A DNA stretch of 63,667 bases, counting the filler, from Reticulomyxa filosa (Eukaryota; Protista; Foraminifera): assembly GCA_000512085.1 (NCBI GenBank). It is 19 parts of 19 records of this genome, joined end to end, with 100 filler letters (N's around TTAATTAATTAA, not from the genome) between each part and the next. Parts side by side here need not be neighbours in the genome. Positions count along the whole stretch, not along the records: positions 37,550 to 40,455 come from ASPP01022689.1; positions 40,556 to 42,874 come from ASPP01002118.1; positions 42,975 to 45,559 come from ASPP01000974.1; positions 45,660 to 46,936 come from ASPP01022885.1; positions 47,037 to 51,300 come from ASPP01016048.1; positions 51,401 to 52,594 come from ASPP01012769.1; 13 more parts are not named here. One strand, 5' to 3'. Below are positions 38,252 to 51,439 of the stretch, one piece after another. The translations under genes were made by a program, and so were the position numbers. The first letter of the stretch is position 1. Every line of letters starts with the position of its first letter. The notes beneath the pieces were generated by a model that was not told the DNA's origin, made no database searches, and saw nothing but the letters and a program-made list of their open reading frames with translations.

Positions 38252-40347
38252 TGACAAAGTCCCCGAACCGGGACTATTGCAAATGAAACATCCTGTAATT
38301 ATCATCCCCGGCTTCACTTCCACCGCTTTGGAACTGTGGTATAGCAACAATCCCAACCTGGTCGAACCCTGCGCCAAGTACATGAAAAAACACTTGCGCA
38401 GCAGAATTTGGGGTGGCATCGACATGATCGGCCAGGTCATAAGCAATCCCCAATGCTGGCTCATGCACATGATGATCAACGAGTCCACCGGCATGGACCT
38501 GTACAATATCAAAGTGCGCGCTGCCACTGGTCTGCAAAGCTGCGACTACCTGTTCGGCGCCTACTGGGTGTGGGGGCCCGTCATCCAAAACCTCGCCTAC
38601 TTTGGCTACGACACCAACTCCATTTACATGGCCAGCTTCGACTGGAGGCTTGCCTTCCTCTACTTGGAAGAGCGCGATCGCTACTTCTCGAGGCTCAAGT
38701 TCGAAATCGAAACCAGGGTCGAGCAAATGCAACAGAAGGCTGTTGTCTTTACGCATTCCTTGGGCTCCAATCTCTGGCTCTACTTCATGCAGTGGGTCAC
38801 GCACAGCCACTATGGCCGAGGGGGCACTGATTGGGTCGATCGACATATTCACACCATCGCAAGCATTGGAGGACCCTTTCTGGGATGTCCAAAGGCTGTG
38901 TCCACTTTCCTCAGTGGCGAAGCTTTGGAAACAGCTATTTTGGCACCTCCTGTTCGAATGATCAAAGACTATGGTACATTTCAAACAAAAAAAATATATA
39001 TATATGTGTATATATATATATATTTTTTTTTTTTTGTTTGTTTGTGCTTATAACAAACATATATTTACATGTGATCAGTGCTGCCACGCACGTGGATGAA
39101 CAAGTTTGCGAGAAGTGTTTGGTCTGGCTTTTGGCTGTTGCCAATGGGCGGCACGCGTGTGTGGGGTACGAAGTCGAAAGCGGCGGAAGACATCCTGGAG
39201 AAGCGAAACATGGACGACCCCGACGCCAACTTTTCGTCGTATGGCCAGCTCATCCAATTTATAAAAGAGGAAGTGAGTGGCAATTCCAACCCATTGAAGC
39301 AGCTCACCAAGTCGATAACTTGTTACAGCCAACTTCCAAAAAACATCAAAGTTCCAAAAACGATGATATACAACGAAAGCCAGCAGGGCGATGGTGATGA
39401 TAATAATAATAATGATGATGATGACAACAACAACAATGGTGTCTCTACCAATCTATCGTTCAACTCCTTGTCCGGCCTGCAATCCAAACACGTGGAAGAA
39501 ATGATCGAACTGGAAATCGGTGACAACTCGCCTTTCGATTTTGCAAAGACTTGTTTACCCGCCGAAGAAGAGCATACTAAAACTATTGATGACATTGTTA
39601 TTTTTTTGTGTGTGTATGTGTGTGTGTGTGTTATTGATAGTTATAAATAATAATTAAAAAAAAAAAAACATACAAAAGATGTCATCAAATTACGATACAG
39701 AAAGTTGGCTGGATATATTCACAAAAATCGATCCAGTGTTTGCAAAAAAGATTGAAGAGCTGATCGAGTTGTCCTATCCAAGTGACGACATCGATCTGAG
39801 TGATGAGCAGTATCGCTCTCCTCGCTACTGGGGCAATCCATTGTGGAGCCCTCTGCCCTTTGCTCCCAATCTGAAACTGTACTGCTTTTACGGCACTCAC
39901 TTGGATGCCGAGAGGAGCTATTTCTACGTTCGGGATAGCAACTCCTCACTCAAGTATCCATTTCGCATCCGCACGTCCTACAACGACGAGGCCCATCGCG
40001 TCGTCAATGGCGTCCGTGTCACCACCGGCGATGGCACTGTCCCTTTGCTCACGCTGGGTTACATGTGCGAACACAAGTGGAAAGGGAAAAACGCTGAGCG
40101 CTGGAATCCCAGCAAAAGTCAAGTCGTCACCAAAGAGTTCAAAGACGCTGGGGAATCCATCCTGTTTCGCGGCACCATGAGGGGGGGAAAAGGGTCGGGT
40201 GACCATGTTGACATTCTTGGAAATGAAGAACTCATTATTGATCTATTGCTAATTGCCTCCGGAATGGACCGTCATGAACATTCTGACTTTGCCATTGTTG
40301 AAAGAATTGAAAGTCGGTTGAAAGAACTTTTGAAACACATGGATTGA
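37550..40347 (+). CDS. LRO1: Phospholipid:diacylglycerol acyltransferase (PDAT, LCAT family); exons <37550-38973, 39079-39596, 39679-40347
   Basis: N-terminal TM helix, HPVIIIPG..STALELW, YWVW..VIQNLA..GYD, FDWRL, THSLG nucleophile, GDGTVPL and DHVDILGN. Confidence 0.9.
38190..38252 (+). repeat. (AAT)n poly-Asn tract in PDAT
   Basis: Seen directly in the sequence. Confidence 0.95.
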
Positions 40348-41097
40348 TTTGGTTTGGTTTGATTTGATTTGAGTTGATTTTATCTTGTTGTTTTTTTTTT
40401 TTTTATTGTATTCAATTTCTTTTGTGATTAAACTTAGGTTTGTGACTTTTCCAATNNNNNNNNNNNNNNNNNNNNNNNNNNNNNNNNNNNNNNNNNNNNT
40501 TAATTAATTAANNNNNNNNNNNNNNNNNNNNNNNNNNNNNNNNNNNNNNNNNNNNAAAAAAAAAAAAAAATATATATATATGTATCAATTCATTACCTTA
40601 ACAAATTGAGCTGATATTTCTTTTTGTATTCCAATGACGTTTACGTCGAATGTATCAACGTATGTTCGTTTCAAAACAATTGACTTTTTAATCACTGTTA
40701 TTTTTTTTAATCAAATTATGTTAATTTTTTTTTATGTCAAAAAAAAAAGGAGGGGCGTACGTAATCCTCTTACTATGTATTGTTAATTGATCTCCCCTTT
40801 TTATCCAAAATAAAAGATGTACATTTTTTTTGTTATTGTGAAAGAGAAGTTTCTATCGTATTATACCATCTTCGTTCTTTTTTGTAATTGATTTCCACTT
40901 GACGAGTTTGCTTTGGAGACTGTTGGTCTTGTCTTTATTATTTGTGCATGCGCTTTTTTTTTTTGGTCACAAACGAAAAACGGAGAAACAATTTCCGAAC
41001 CTGCTTTCATTGCTGACATTGACGACGAGAAGTGCTTGTCTGTTTTCATTAAAAGATTGATTTGCATTGGGCCTTGTTATTCAAGATAATCTCTATG

Positions 41098-41159
41098 TCT
41101 TTAAAAAAATTTACTCTTTAAAAAAATTTACTCTTTAAAAAAATTTACTCTTTAAAAAA
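41098..41159. repeat. 17-bp tandem repeat TCTTTAAAAAAATTTAC, about 3.6 copies
   Basis: Seen directly in the sequence. Confidence 0.9.
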
Positions 41160-42716
41160 CTAAAGGGGGTCTTCACAGTCTGACTGTAGTTGATATTTAA
41201 AAAATGTAAATCAATTTTCATTGTCTCTGGAAAAAAAAATTGACCAGCACCGCGAAAATAAAGCAACTATTTTGTTGAACAGCGCCATGTGATATCATTA
41301 AAAAAGAAAGCAAAAAACACTTAAGATGATTGTGGTGTTTATTATGTTATGGTACCAAAGGTCCAATTTGTGTTTGTGGATGAAGATATATGAAGTTTGT
41401 TTTGACTTTACGACTATTTTTGTTAATTGAAAAGCATAAATAAGTTTGCTTCGATTTGAATTCATTTATTGCCAAATTTGGAATTTGTTTGATTTATTTT
41501 TTGTTGATAATGTTTGCTCTAATGAAAGAAGAAGGACACTGATTCGATTAATATATCTTATTCTTCAAATGCTTTTATAAAGCGCTTGCAAATTTGACAA
41601 TAAAGTAACTTTTTTATTAGATATCGAATAGATTACAACAGTTAAATTCCCAGATCAAACGTTGTTTATCAAATTAAAATAAACTATGTTAATGTCTTTA
41701 TTAATTACTATAATTATTTTGAATGTATTTTAAAATGGCATGAATGCAATATCATTTCTTAGTTTTTCTGTTGTTCGCTTCTTTACTTTTGGCTTCTCTG
41801 TTATCTAGGATTTTAGATATTTATTAACTGATATAAAATTCGAAAGTGTTTTTTTTTATAGAATTTTCTTTTTTGAAGAATTTCTTTAAAAAAAGGATGT
41901 AGTGAAAAGGAACAATGTACATTGCATGCCTAGAAACAGGATTTCTGAAAAAAATTGTAATCAATTTTTATACTAAAACTTTTTATGTTTGTTTAACAAA
42001 ACAACTGAACAATTTATGCAAATTGTAATGATTAAAAGAATAATCACAAATATCAATTCAAAAAAGGACATCGTGACAACAGTATTACACGCTACAAAGT
42101 ACACTGCACCCATTGCATAGTTTGTGTGTTCCTCTTTTAAGGAAAGACTCTTAATATCTTGCCGTTTTTCTTAAGCCAAAAAAACTCTTCGAAGCGAAAT
42201 ATACAAGATCGACAGAGAAAAACTCACATTGATGATACATCATCTCAAGAGTGTACTTTCACAATGTTGTTTAATGTAATATTACATGAACACTTTTTGT
42301 GATTGTCTTTCTTCAAAAAAATATCCGAATTTCAACAAGAAGCTGCAACACTGTACTAAGTTATTAAATATTTCTTTATTGCATTATTTCTTATTATTAT
42401 GGCAGTTCATCAAGAAGAAGTTTCATGTAAACAAAATTATAATAATATTGTATGTGAGAAAACATTTCTTTGTTTATCTTATTTTAAATACCAAAGATTT
42501 TTTGAAATAGACATCAAATTTCCATTGCATTTTTGTTTTTAAAGTTGATAAAATCTTGTCCACGCACGAGTTTTGATCTACTTGTTTTAAACTTTTTTTT
42601 TAAGTATTCTACTTTCAAAACGGACAAATTTAGTTATCATCCAAATTATTCAAAACGTTCTGTGCGCATAGCCATTATTTATGGAAACTTACTTTGTCTG
42701 AATCATCGGAAAGCAC

Positions 42717-42820
42717 GATCAAATGATAAAAGTATTCGTTTGTGGGATTCAGTTGAATAAACAAATTCAAGTATCCAATGGCCATAGACATTATGTGCAT
42801 ACTATCGAATATTTACCGTT
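42717..42820 (+). pseudogene. WD40 family relic
   Basis: SNDKSIRLWD...QIQVSNGH..YV..IEYLP, matching the contig-1 WD40 family. Confidence 0.75.
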
Positions 42821-42974
42821 ATACAGTAGATTGCAAAAAAAATTGCCATACCTAAATGGCACTATATGAAGAGANNNNNNNNNNNNNNNNNNNNNNNNNN
42901 NNNNNNNNNNNNNNNNNNTTAATTAATTAANNNNNNNNNNNNNNNNNNNNNNNNNNNNNNNNNNNNNNNNNNNN

Positions 42975-44104
42975 ATCATCTTTTTCTTTTTCCCTTTCAT
43001 CGCTACTGTCTTCTTTTTCAATTGATGATTGAGCATTTGTTTTTTGATTTTCCAATTTTAGTCCAATAATTTGTTTATATTCTTTAAATGCATTAACATG
43101 ATTATCAAATTTTGTTTTGAATTCAATATTATGTTGATCGATATCAATTTTTAATTGTTGAATGTTATTTGTTAAAACAGCTATTGTTTTATCTTTTCCC
43201 AGTAATTCATGTTTCAAGTCGTTAATTTGTTTATTATTTGTTTTCACAAGTTCTTCTAATTTACTTTTCCATTGTTTATTTTGTCGATTTTGTTTTTTTT
43301 TAAATCAGCAGTCGTTTGATTCGTCTCTGCTTTTAATTGTTGAATATCTTTTGTTAGATCAAATATTTGTTGCTCTTTCTGTGATGACTCAGCTTTTAAA
43401 TGCTTATATTGTTCCTTTTTTATCCATTTGTTAGTTTTTGTTTATCGTTTATTCAAGTAAAAAAATAAATACGACAAAACTGTTTGTAATTTAATCACAT
43501 TTTGCAATTCTTTAATTTGTCCAACAATTGCATTTAATTCATTTGCAATTTCTAATTGGTTAATTTGTTTGGTTGAAATCAAATTGCATGATTTATCCAA
43601 ATGATCTTTCAAGTCTTTTATTTTTCCTTTAAAATTGCAATAATTTTTTGAATTCGGAGCTGAATTTGGTCCATTCCAATGTCCTTCTTCTTCTTTTTCT
43701 CCTTCTAATTTTATTCCTTCATTTGATTGCCTTTTTTTCAAATCAAATTGTCGAGGACAAATTACAAATAATTCAAACACCAATTTTCTCATAGTTCTAC
43801 CTTGCGAAAATTCACAATGGTCATGTTGCTGAATTGGACATTTTCCATTGTTTTGTTTCAAATACTGTTGTAGACATTCTTCTCCAACTAAATAAACTTG
43901 ATCTGAATCCTCGTGTTCATCACAATGCAATTCCATTGCATTGTTCACAACTTGATTGCACACACAGCAAATTAGAGTGTCCAGTCTTTGTGGTTCATTT
44001 GTCAAGGAAATCCATGATTTACTGTAACACTCAGAAAGCAAAAAGGTTTTTTTTTTGTCTTCTTTAATTTCTTCTTCTCTTGCCTCTGCTTCAAATAACA
44101 ACAT
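42975..44104 (-). CDS. RING-like + TRAF-type Zn finger + coiled-coil protein (3' end cut)
   Basis: ICCVC...ELHCDEH...GEECL...KCPIQQH, VICP...CNFKGKIKDLKDHLDKSC; downstream coiled-coil exons. Confidence 0.8.
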
Positions 44105-44399
44105 TGCCCTTACTCTATAATAATTTAGCAAGTTTTTTTTTCTAAAAACTTTATTTTGAAAAGGGTTTTCAAACAAAAGTCTATGATTTATACAGGAGAA
44201 TGTAAGTAATGAATTTTTAAAATAATACATTTTTAATTATTTTTAAACTAAAACAGTATAATTAATGCAAACAGGATAAGCAAATTTCAAGAGATAATGT
44301 TTTTGAAACAAGACGGATATACTATTTGAATAAACAAAGAAAACATAATATATCAAAATCATACTCCTAGAAACTTGAATATCTCAAATGGAATAAATT

Positions 44400-44565
44400 T
44401 GAGTTAATGAATAACTTAAATAATTACAATCAATGGATTCAGATTGGAAGAAATGAAAATGATTATCAAGGAATGCGTGAAGTGCTCGATAGAGAAAGCA
44501 ATCATTATTTAAAACTTAGCATAAAAATAATATCATTTGATTTAAATACATTTCAATTTATCTTT
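44400..44565 (+). pseudogene. Kelch-like family relic
   Basis: NNYNQW..IGRNENDYQGMR.V....NH and FDLNTFQFI match NYCNQW..IGKDKDNYQGVRAVIGGSNNH in the 9749..10924 ORF. Confidence 0.7.
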
Positions 44566-45659
44566 CAAAATCTCGCCAATTAAAAAATTACAATCCTTTG
44601 ACACTTTTTATTTTAAAAAATTAATGAATAATAACATATAGGTTAGATCATGGTGGCATTGTAAGTTGTTTTTGATCAAAGTTAAAATAACTCATAACTT
44701 ATAACATCAAATTATGTAAAAAACAAGACGCACTGGCAAAGAGAAAATCATTCTGAACAGCTGATTGAGTGACTACCTTTGCAGATTCAGCTTTTTTTTT
44801 AATCTTTAGCACACATAATGTTGTGATAAAATGTGATCCAAAACTAGCTGAAAAAATATTTGAAAGCAACTGTTATCCGCAAATATGTTGTCTTAGTGTT
44901 CTTTTATTTCAAATTAGTTAATCAATTACTTTTTTTTAAAAGGATTAAATTTAAAAAAGACTTTTCAACCGCGTCTCGCTGGTACACTGCTAACAGAAAG
45001 GGTAATGAAACAGCACTGTGCCTTGGCTCAATGCAAGGTTTGAGACTCTGTGTCACTTGTCATTATGCTCGTTCGCTGACAATGAGCGTGTGTTAACACG
45101 CGATTTGATAATCGCCCGCATTGATATGCGAAGCACAACAATTGAGGATATTTTCTTTTTATTTCTGCCGGCAATCCAACAAAAACAATCATCATAACAA
45201 TAAAAGTATCTTTCTGGCTGTTTGAAAACTTTCATTGGTGCGATTTTTTTGAAAGATTTATACTTCAAAAAAAATACATAAAAAGTTTATCAAATATTAA
45301 TATTGCTTATTTAAAACAAAAAAGTGTAACTAATGAACAGCAATAAAATCATACAGATAATATTTATTTTTAAGTTTCAGATTTAAATGATATTATATCT
45401 AAAAAAACATTATGACATTTGTTTATTTTAATGGCTATAAGACTTTGACAGACAGTCAATGATATTTTCAACGTGGCCTAAAACGGGATCAAAAAGGGTA
45501 AATAACTGTTTCTTTCTGATCTGTGGATGTTTATGCATAATAATGTTTTTTTAAAAAAANNNNNNNNNNNNNNNNNNNNNNNNNNNNNNNNNNNNNNNNN
45601 NNNTTAATTAATTAANNNNNNNNNNNNNNNNNNNNNNNNNNNNNNNNNNNNNNNNNNNN

Positions 45660-46936
45660 AAAAACAATAAACAAAAATTTATAAAAGTTGTTGGAAAAAA
45701 AAAATTTCAAAAATGATTGGGATTGATGCACAATCTCCACATCACCTTGAGGTACGTAGCAGAATGTATTTGCTTTTTACAAAATTATTTACAAGAATAG
45801 GCTTCCCAGTAGATATATAATAACTGCAGTTACAAACAAATAAAACAAACAAAAAACACCAACAAAAATTCTTAATATTTCGTATGTCCACACTTTGCTT
45901 TGACCAAAGCTTTTATCATATCATGCATGGATTCCACTAACGTTCTACAAATATCTTCAAACACTTCCCAAAGCTGCTTCAAAGATGTAACCTCTTGGTT
46001 TTGGTGGATCTTTATGATTCGCCATAGATTCTCGATTGGATTGATGTATGTGCTCTGCGTAGTATATTCTAAGAGCTCTATTCGATGATTCTCCAAAAAT
46101 TCCATAGTTGATTTGACTTGTGACAAGATGCATTGTCTTGCTGAAAGATAAAGCATCCTGATACTTTTCTTTGAGACAATATTAACACATTTCGTCAGCG
46201 AAAATCTCTTTATACAACTCAGAGTTAACAGTTCATGTGATTTTGGCAGCATCAACAAATCATCATGCTTCATCCACCACCTTTCACAGTAGGCTTAGTC
46301 GTACGATCGTAAATCATTTCATTATGTCTTCGCCAAATGTCAATTCTAAAACGATTTATTTTCGTTTCATCGGAAAAAATCACTTTTCTCCACTCACTTT
46401 TAGTCTATGATTTGTATTTTTTGGTGAACTCTAAACGAAGCTTTTTGATACGTGTGCGAATATTTAAACCCTGTGATTGTAAAATGTTCTTCACGGTGAT
46501 CACGGAGAACGCTCTTCTATATGTTCGTGCGAGTAGTCGCTACAAATCTACTGATGTTTGTACCTCCAGAGTAAATTAAGCGCCTCACAAGCCTAGCATC
46601 TATATCAGTCCACGTTTTAGAACATCCATAGTCTCTTTTGCTGTAATCGTTTCATTGCTGAGTATGCATCCCAAATTGATGGCCAGACTCACGATACGAC
46701 ATTCCCATAGATTCTTTCAAATAAAATTCCTTGTTGTATTCCAGAAAGCTTGTGAGTCGTGACTAAAAGCCAAAGAATAACAATAAAAACAAAAAACTTG
46801 TTGGAATGTCGAAAAAGAAAATTTTATATAGAAAATTATGACTGTAACTAAAGCAAGTCCAACAGGAAAACTACCCCCCTTCCAATCATTTTTGAAATTT
46901 TTTTCTTCAAGCAACTTTTATAAATTTTTGTTTATT
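45660..46936 (-). mobile_element. Tc1/mariner DNA transposon with degenerate transposase (45872-46730) and inverted repeats at 45666-45720 and 46882-46936
   Basis: WRKVIFSDETKI, QSTYINPIENLW and ESM...KALVKAKCGHTKY. The two contig ends are imperfect reverse complements over about 55 bp. Confidence 0.9.
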
Positions 46937-47175
46937 NNNNNNNNNNNNNNNNNNNNNNNNNNNNNNNNNNNNNNNNNNNNTTAATTAATTAANNNNNNNN
47001 NNNNNNNNNNNNNNNNNNNNNNNNNNNNNNNNNNNNTGTATGTATATGTATACATATGTGTATGAATATATTTAATGTATATATAATGTTATATACATAC
47101 CCAAAAGGGAGAAGAAGGGAAGGTAGAGAGGGAAGGGGGGTAGGGGAAGGACGAAAGAAAAAAAAAAAAAAAAAC

Positions 47176-47847
47176 TTGAGGTAAAAATTGAATGATTGGC
47201 GGCATACGTATTCGCCCATCAAATGGTAACGTGTTGCTACTGGTCGTTCCGAATGGAAAGTCGTCGACCATTGGTGATCCATATAGTCTGGTGAGCACTA
47301 CCGCAAAAGCGCCATATCCCTCTCCTTTGGGAACGTGGAGTACTCGTCCTTCTTCGTCCGCGGCCGCGGCTTTGGTTGTGTTGCTGAGGTCTGCATTCAT
47401 GTGGTTATGAAGCAAGGGATGAGGGGGACTCTGGTGATGGGTCATTGGTAAATTGTGACTCATCGACTGGCCGTTGCTTGGAAACGGTAACCGTGATTGG
47501 CCTGCCATTCGACGAGGGTCAAAGACTTGTGTCGTGCTCGCTGAAGGCATTGGCATTGGTCGTGGCAGTGAGTGCGGGACTTGTGGCGGTAGATGTGACG
47601 GTGCCATGGATGGAATGCGTCCGGATGGCGGCAGGGGTGGTCGTGGTATTGATGGATGAAAGCCCATTGAGTTGGAAGATGCTGTCGCTTCTCCAGGGGG
47701 ATACGCGCCAGGTGGAGGCAGCATTGACGATGGATGGATCCAGTTTTGCTCTGGATGTAGTGATTCATTGGGACGAAAACGTTTTAACGCTGGTTCTGAT
47801 AATGTATCCCAAGGACGATCCAGAGAATGATGCCGAGGAGGATCCAT
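47176..47847 (-). CDS. Pro-rich N-terminal exon leading into a possible SPOC domain (3' end cut)
   Basis: GC-richer ORF with NLS-like KRFRP; ends FAVVLTRLYGS...LPFDGRIRMPPIIQFLPQ, like the start of PHF3/DIDO-type SPOC domains, before a GT intron. Confidence 0.55.
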
Positions 47848-50586
47848 ATTTTATGCTTCGATCAAATAAATTAAAAAAGTTCTCGTTCAGCTTTTTTCCT
47901 CTGCTGCTCTTTTTTCAAAAAAAGTTTCTAAGCAAGCATTTCTAAATTAGGTTAAAAAAACATTGAAACGACTGGACCAGCTTCAGTGTATTTCACAACT
48001 AAACACAAAAAATGGAATTCGAAATTGTTGGCATTTTGGTACAATTACAACTAGATAATTTTTTTAGATATAACTGAAGCTAATACTATCACTTCTTTTC
48101 TCCTAATCTCTGGATTGATTATGTTGATTGACATGAGACATTCGATATATTACAAAGACCTTTGCATTGCGTCTGAAATTTCTATTATTTGTAACTTGCA
48201 GCTGCTTATAGTATTTCGATCATAATTTCCAAAAACTCTGAACAATGACAAAGCAAACAATGCAGTTTGAAAACAAACACTTGCTTTATCTGAAATTAGC
48301 ACGATCTTGATTAAACTGTATATCAACAGTAAACTGTCTTACTTTCAATTAATACAACTGACGATCTTGTTAACTTCTCAACTTGCCATTTGTGACATGC
48401 ACGAAGTATAAATACATTTCCTGTTTGGGTGCAATTAATATAAAACATCGCTTTCTCTTTGCCGTCAATGCCCTTTAAAATGATATTTTTGCCAAAAACA
48501 CATGTTAAAGATATAATCACATTTCATTTGTTTTTAAAAATATAAAATCGTTTAGATTTGCGATTTTGTTGCAAAGCACTGTGATGCGATTTGCAAAAGA
48601 AACAAGTGTAATTTTTAAAATGTTTCTATATGAAGTGATTCTCAAAAAAATTGAATGTTGGTTATTTACAAGCAATTATCACTTATTTTTCTGCAAAATT
48701 TTTAAAAATTAGTATAGTAATAGTATGAAAATGAATTACACTGGAGTTATCCTACCTTCTGTTGCGCAATACCAACCCATTGCGATGTGAAGTACAGATT
48801 TAATAATTGTTGGTATGTGAACCAATATCTGTTTTTATATGCTTCTATCGAATATTTAATGTATTAGTGCATGATATTTCATAATATCCTTGACCAAAAT
48901 ATTTTGGTAACATTATAATCTTGATAGTATTTTTTATATGTATGCGTTAACAACTTTAATTACACAAAATTCGTTTTAGTGTAACCAGAACTCGTTTTAT
49001 CAATTTGGTTCATTACACTAGATTACTACTCTGAATATATAGTAAGTAAATAACTTCTAATAATTCTTGAAAGTATAGATTGTATTGTTTCAAATATGAT
49101 TAATATTCCCACATTCAATTGTGTTTCATTGCCAAACAACCATTGAATATTTAACTGTATGTGGCATCCTGCAACAAGCAGTATTTATTTGTACGTAACA
49201 AGTTACAGTCATTACATTATGTGTATGCATTATGAATTACAACGTTTAACGGAATATAAGCAGTGATCAAATTATAAGTTTACGACATTTCAAACACTTA
49301 ACGTGACGTTGAACAGCACAGCTGTTGTTACTTGACGTTAGTTTTACTTTTATTGATTACAGCTTAAAAAATGTTGAAGAAACTGGCCTCAAACAAAAAT
49401 GGCGTCGCAAAAGCAACTTTTGTAAAATCGATAATAATAAAAGGGTGGTTTTTACATATCTAAATTGGCCTTGTGTTGTATTGATTGGCAAATTAGCTAA
49501 TATTTTGTTTTTAATACAATTGTGCCAGTACAAATATGCAATACATCAAATTTTTTTTACAAAGCAAATAGCGTACGTTTGTAACAAACAATATTAATTT
49601 TTGTATTTGTTCTTCAAACTTTCAAATAAAACCAACCTTTCATAACCTCAACTGTTTTTGTTTCCTGTTTTTTTTAAAGGACGGTTTTAGCAAATGGACT
49701 TTTCAATCAACAGCTATACCGTTTTGGGTTGCATAATATTAATGAACCTGCCGTCTCATTCTTTCTTTTTCTTGATTCTTATGAAGACGGTGTATACACT
49801 TTGCTGTACTACAGTGCTCTTATATCTGTGCTAAAAGGTCGCTTTCTCGATTATTTATTATGCTGTATTTTGCGAATATTTGTTTTTGGGACAAAGTCAA
49901 AAATAAGTAACCGTGTAAATACGGTACGGATCCGAAATCAGAAATAACCGAGAAATCAAAGTGTTAACAAAATAATTTGTAACAGTGTTGCAAAACTAAG
50001 TACGTATAAACCATCCTCGAGACAACATTGCGTCTTTAAAAAAAATAATGCAACGTCGTTTCCTACTTTAATTTGTTTGCTTTTTCTTGTCATTTTGATG
50101 CGTACTTCAATGCTTTTTAGTTTTTTATCAAATCAGCTTTTTGGTTAGGATTGGACAGAACAGATACATGCACGACATCTCTCCAACTAATAAAAAAAAG
50201 AAAAAGCCTTGTCTCAATTTAAAGAAAAAAAAACACCGCAATGACCCAGCAAAATAAAACCAACAATGAAACGCTCATACGCAATAAGCAAAAGAGAAAA
50301 ATTATGAACAAACAAAAAAAAATCGAATACAAAAAGAAAAAAGATGAAAATTTTTTTTGAAGCCGGGGTGCATTGCTAAATAGGTCACATGACTGTTTCA
50401 AACATCCTCCCGTTCGAATGTACAGGGGATTGACAACAAGCGCAAAAAGAAAGATTAAAAAAACGGAAAATGAGAGGGAAAAAAAAAACAACAAATTAAA
50501 AAAAATAACAAAATAAAAAAATAAGGAAAAAACAAGAAAAAAAAATAAAAGAAAAAAAAGCAGTCACACAACATAACCCACACACT

Positions 50587-51142
50587 TTACTGAATTGAGG
50601 TAAGCTGGTACGAGACATTATGAACGTTGCGTTTATGCCTCGAATAATTGGTAGCATGTCGAAACTGCTTCTTACAGATTACACACTGATAAGGTTTCTC
50701 TCCGGTGTGAATACGCATGTGTTCTTTCAAGTGTGTTTGTTGATAACACCGCTTTCCGCATTCAGGACATTGAAACGGTTTTTCTTCTATACATTCACAA
50801 GAGCAAGCAGTTTTTTTTTATGTGTATGTAATTATTTATTGCCCAGGGGACGATATATGGCCTTGGATGAAGAAGGAGAGAGAGGGAAAGACAAACAAAT
50901 AAATTAGAAGAGAACCAAGGGTTACAATTCTTTCTCTTCCTCCCTCCAAAACAGCACAAAAAGAGGGAGGAATGAAAGATACGAAGCAAGCCAAAGCATA
51001 AAAAAAAAAAAAGACCAAAACTAAGTTTGTTTGAACATATCAAAATCTAAGTCAAACTTACCGTTGTGATATCGCATGTGTTCATTAACTCCGCGTTTAT
51101 TTTTGAACTTCTTGTTGCACACCGAACAAGAATACTTTCTTG
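50587..51142 (-). pseudogene. C2H2 zinc-finger gene, last two exons (51062-51142, 50587-50786), with a 2-nt frameshift in finger 2
   Basis: YSCSVCNKKF...[17 protein letters not shown]...[21 protein letters not shown]...RHKRNVH. Confidence 0.8.
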
Positions 51143-51261
51143 CTATGGTCAACAGAGAGCAATCAAACAGACAAAAAAAAGTGAGCACAACAAAAATTCA
51201 AGGTCATACAAAACATGACACCCAAATTAAGAAGAAAGAGGTGTGATGTGGTGGTAGATAT

Positions 51262-51300
<39 letters not shown>

Positions 51301-51400
51301 NNNNNNNNNNNNNNNNNNNNNNNNNNNNNNNNNNNNNNNNNNNNTTAATTAATTAANNNNNNNNNNNNNNNNNNNNNNNNNNNNNNNNNNNNNNNNNNNN

Positions 51401-51415
<15 letters not shown>

Positions 51416-51439
<24 letters not shown>

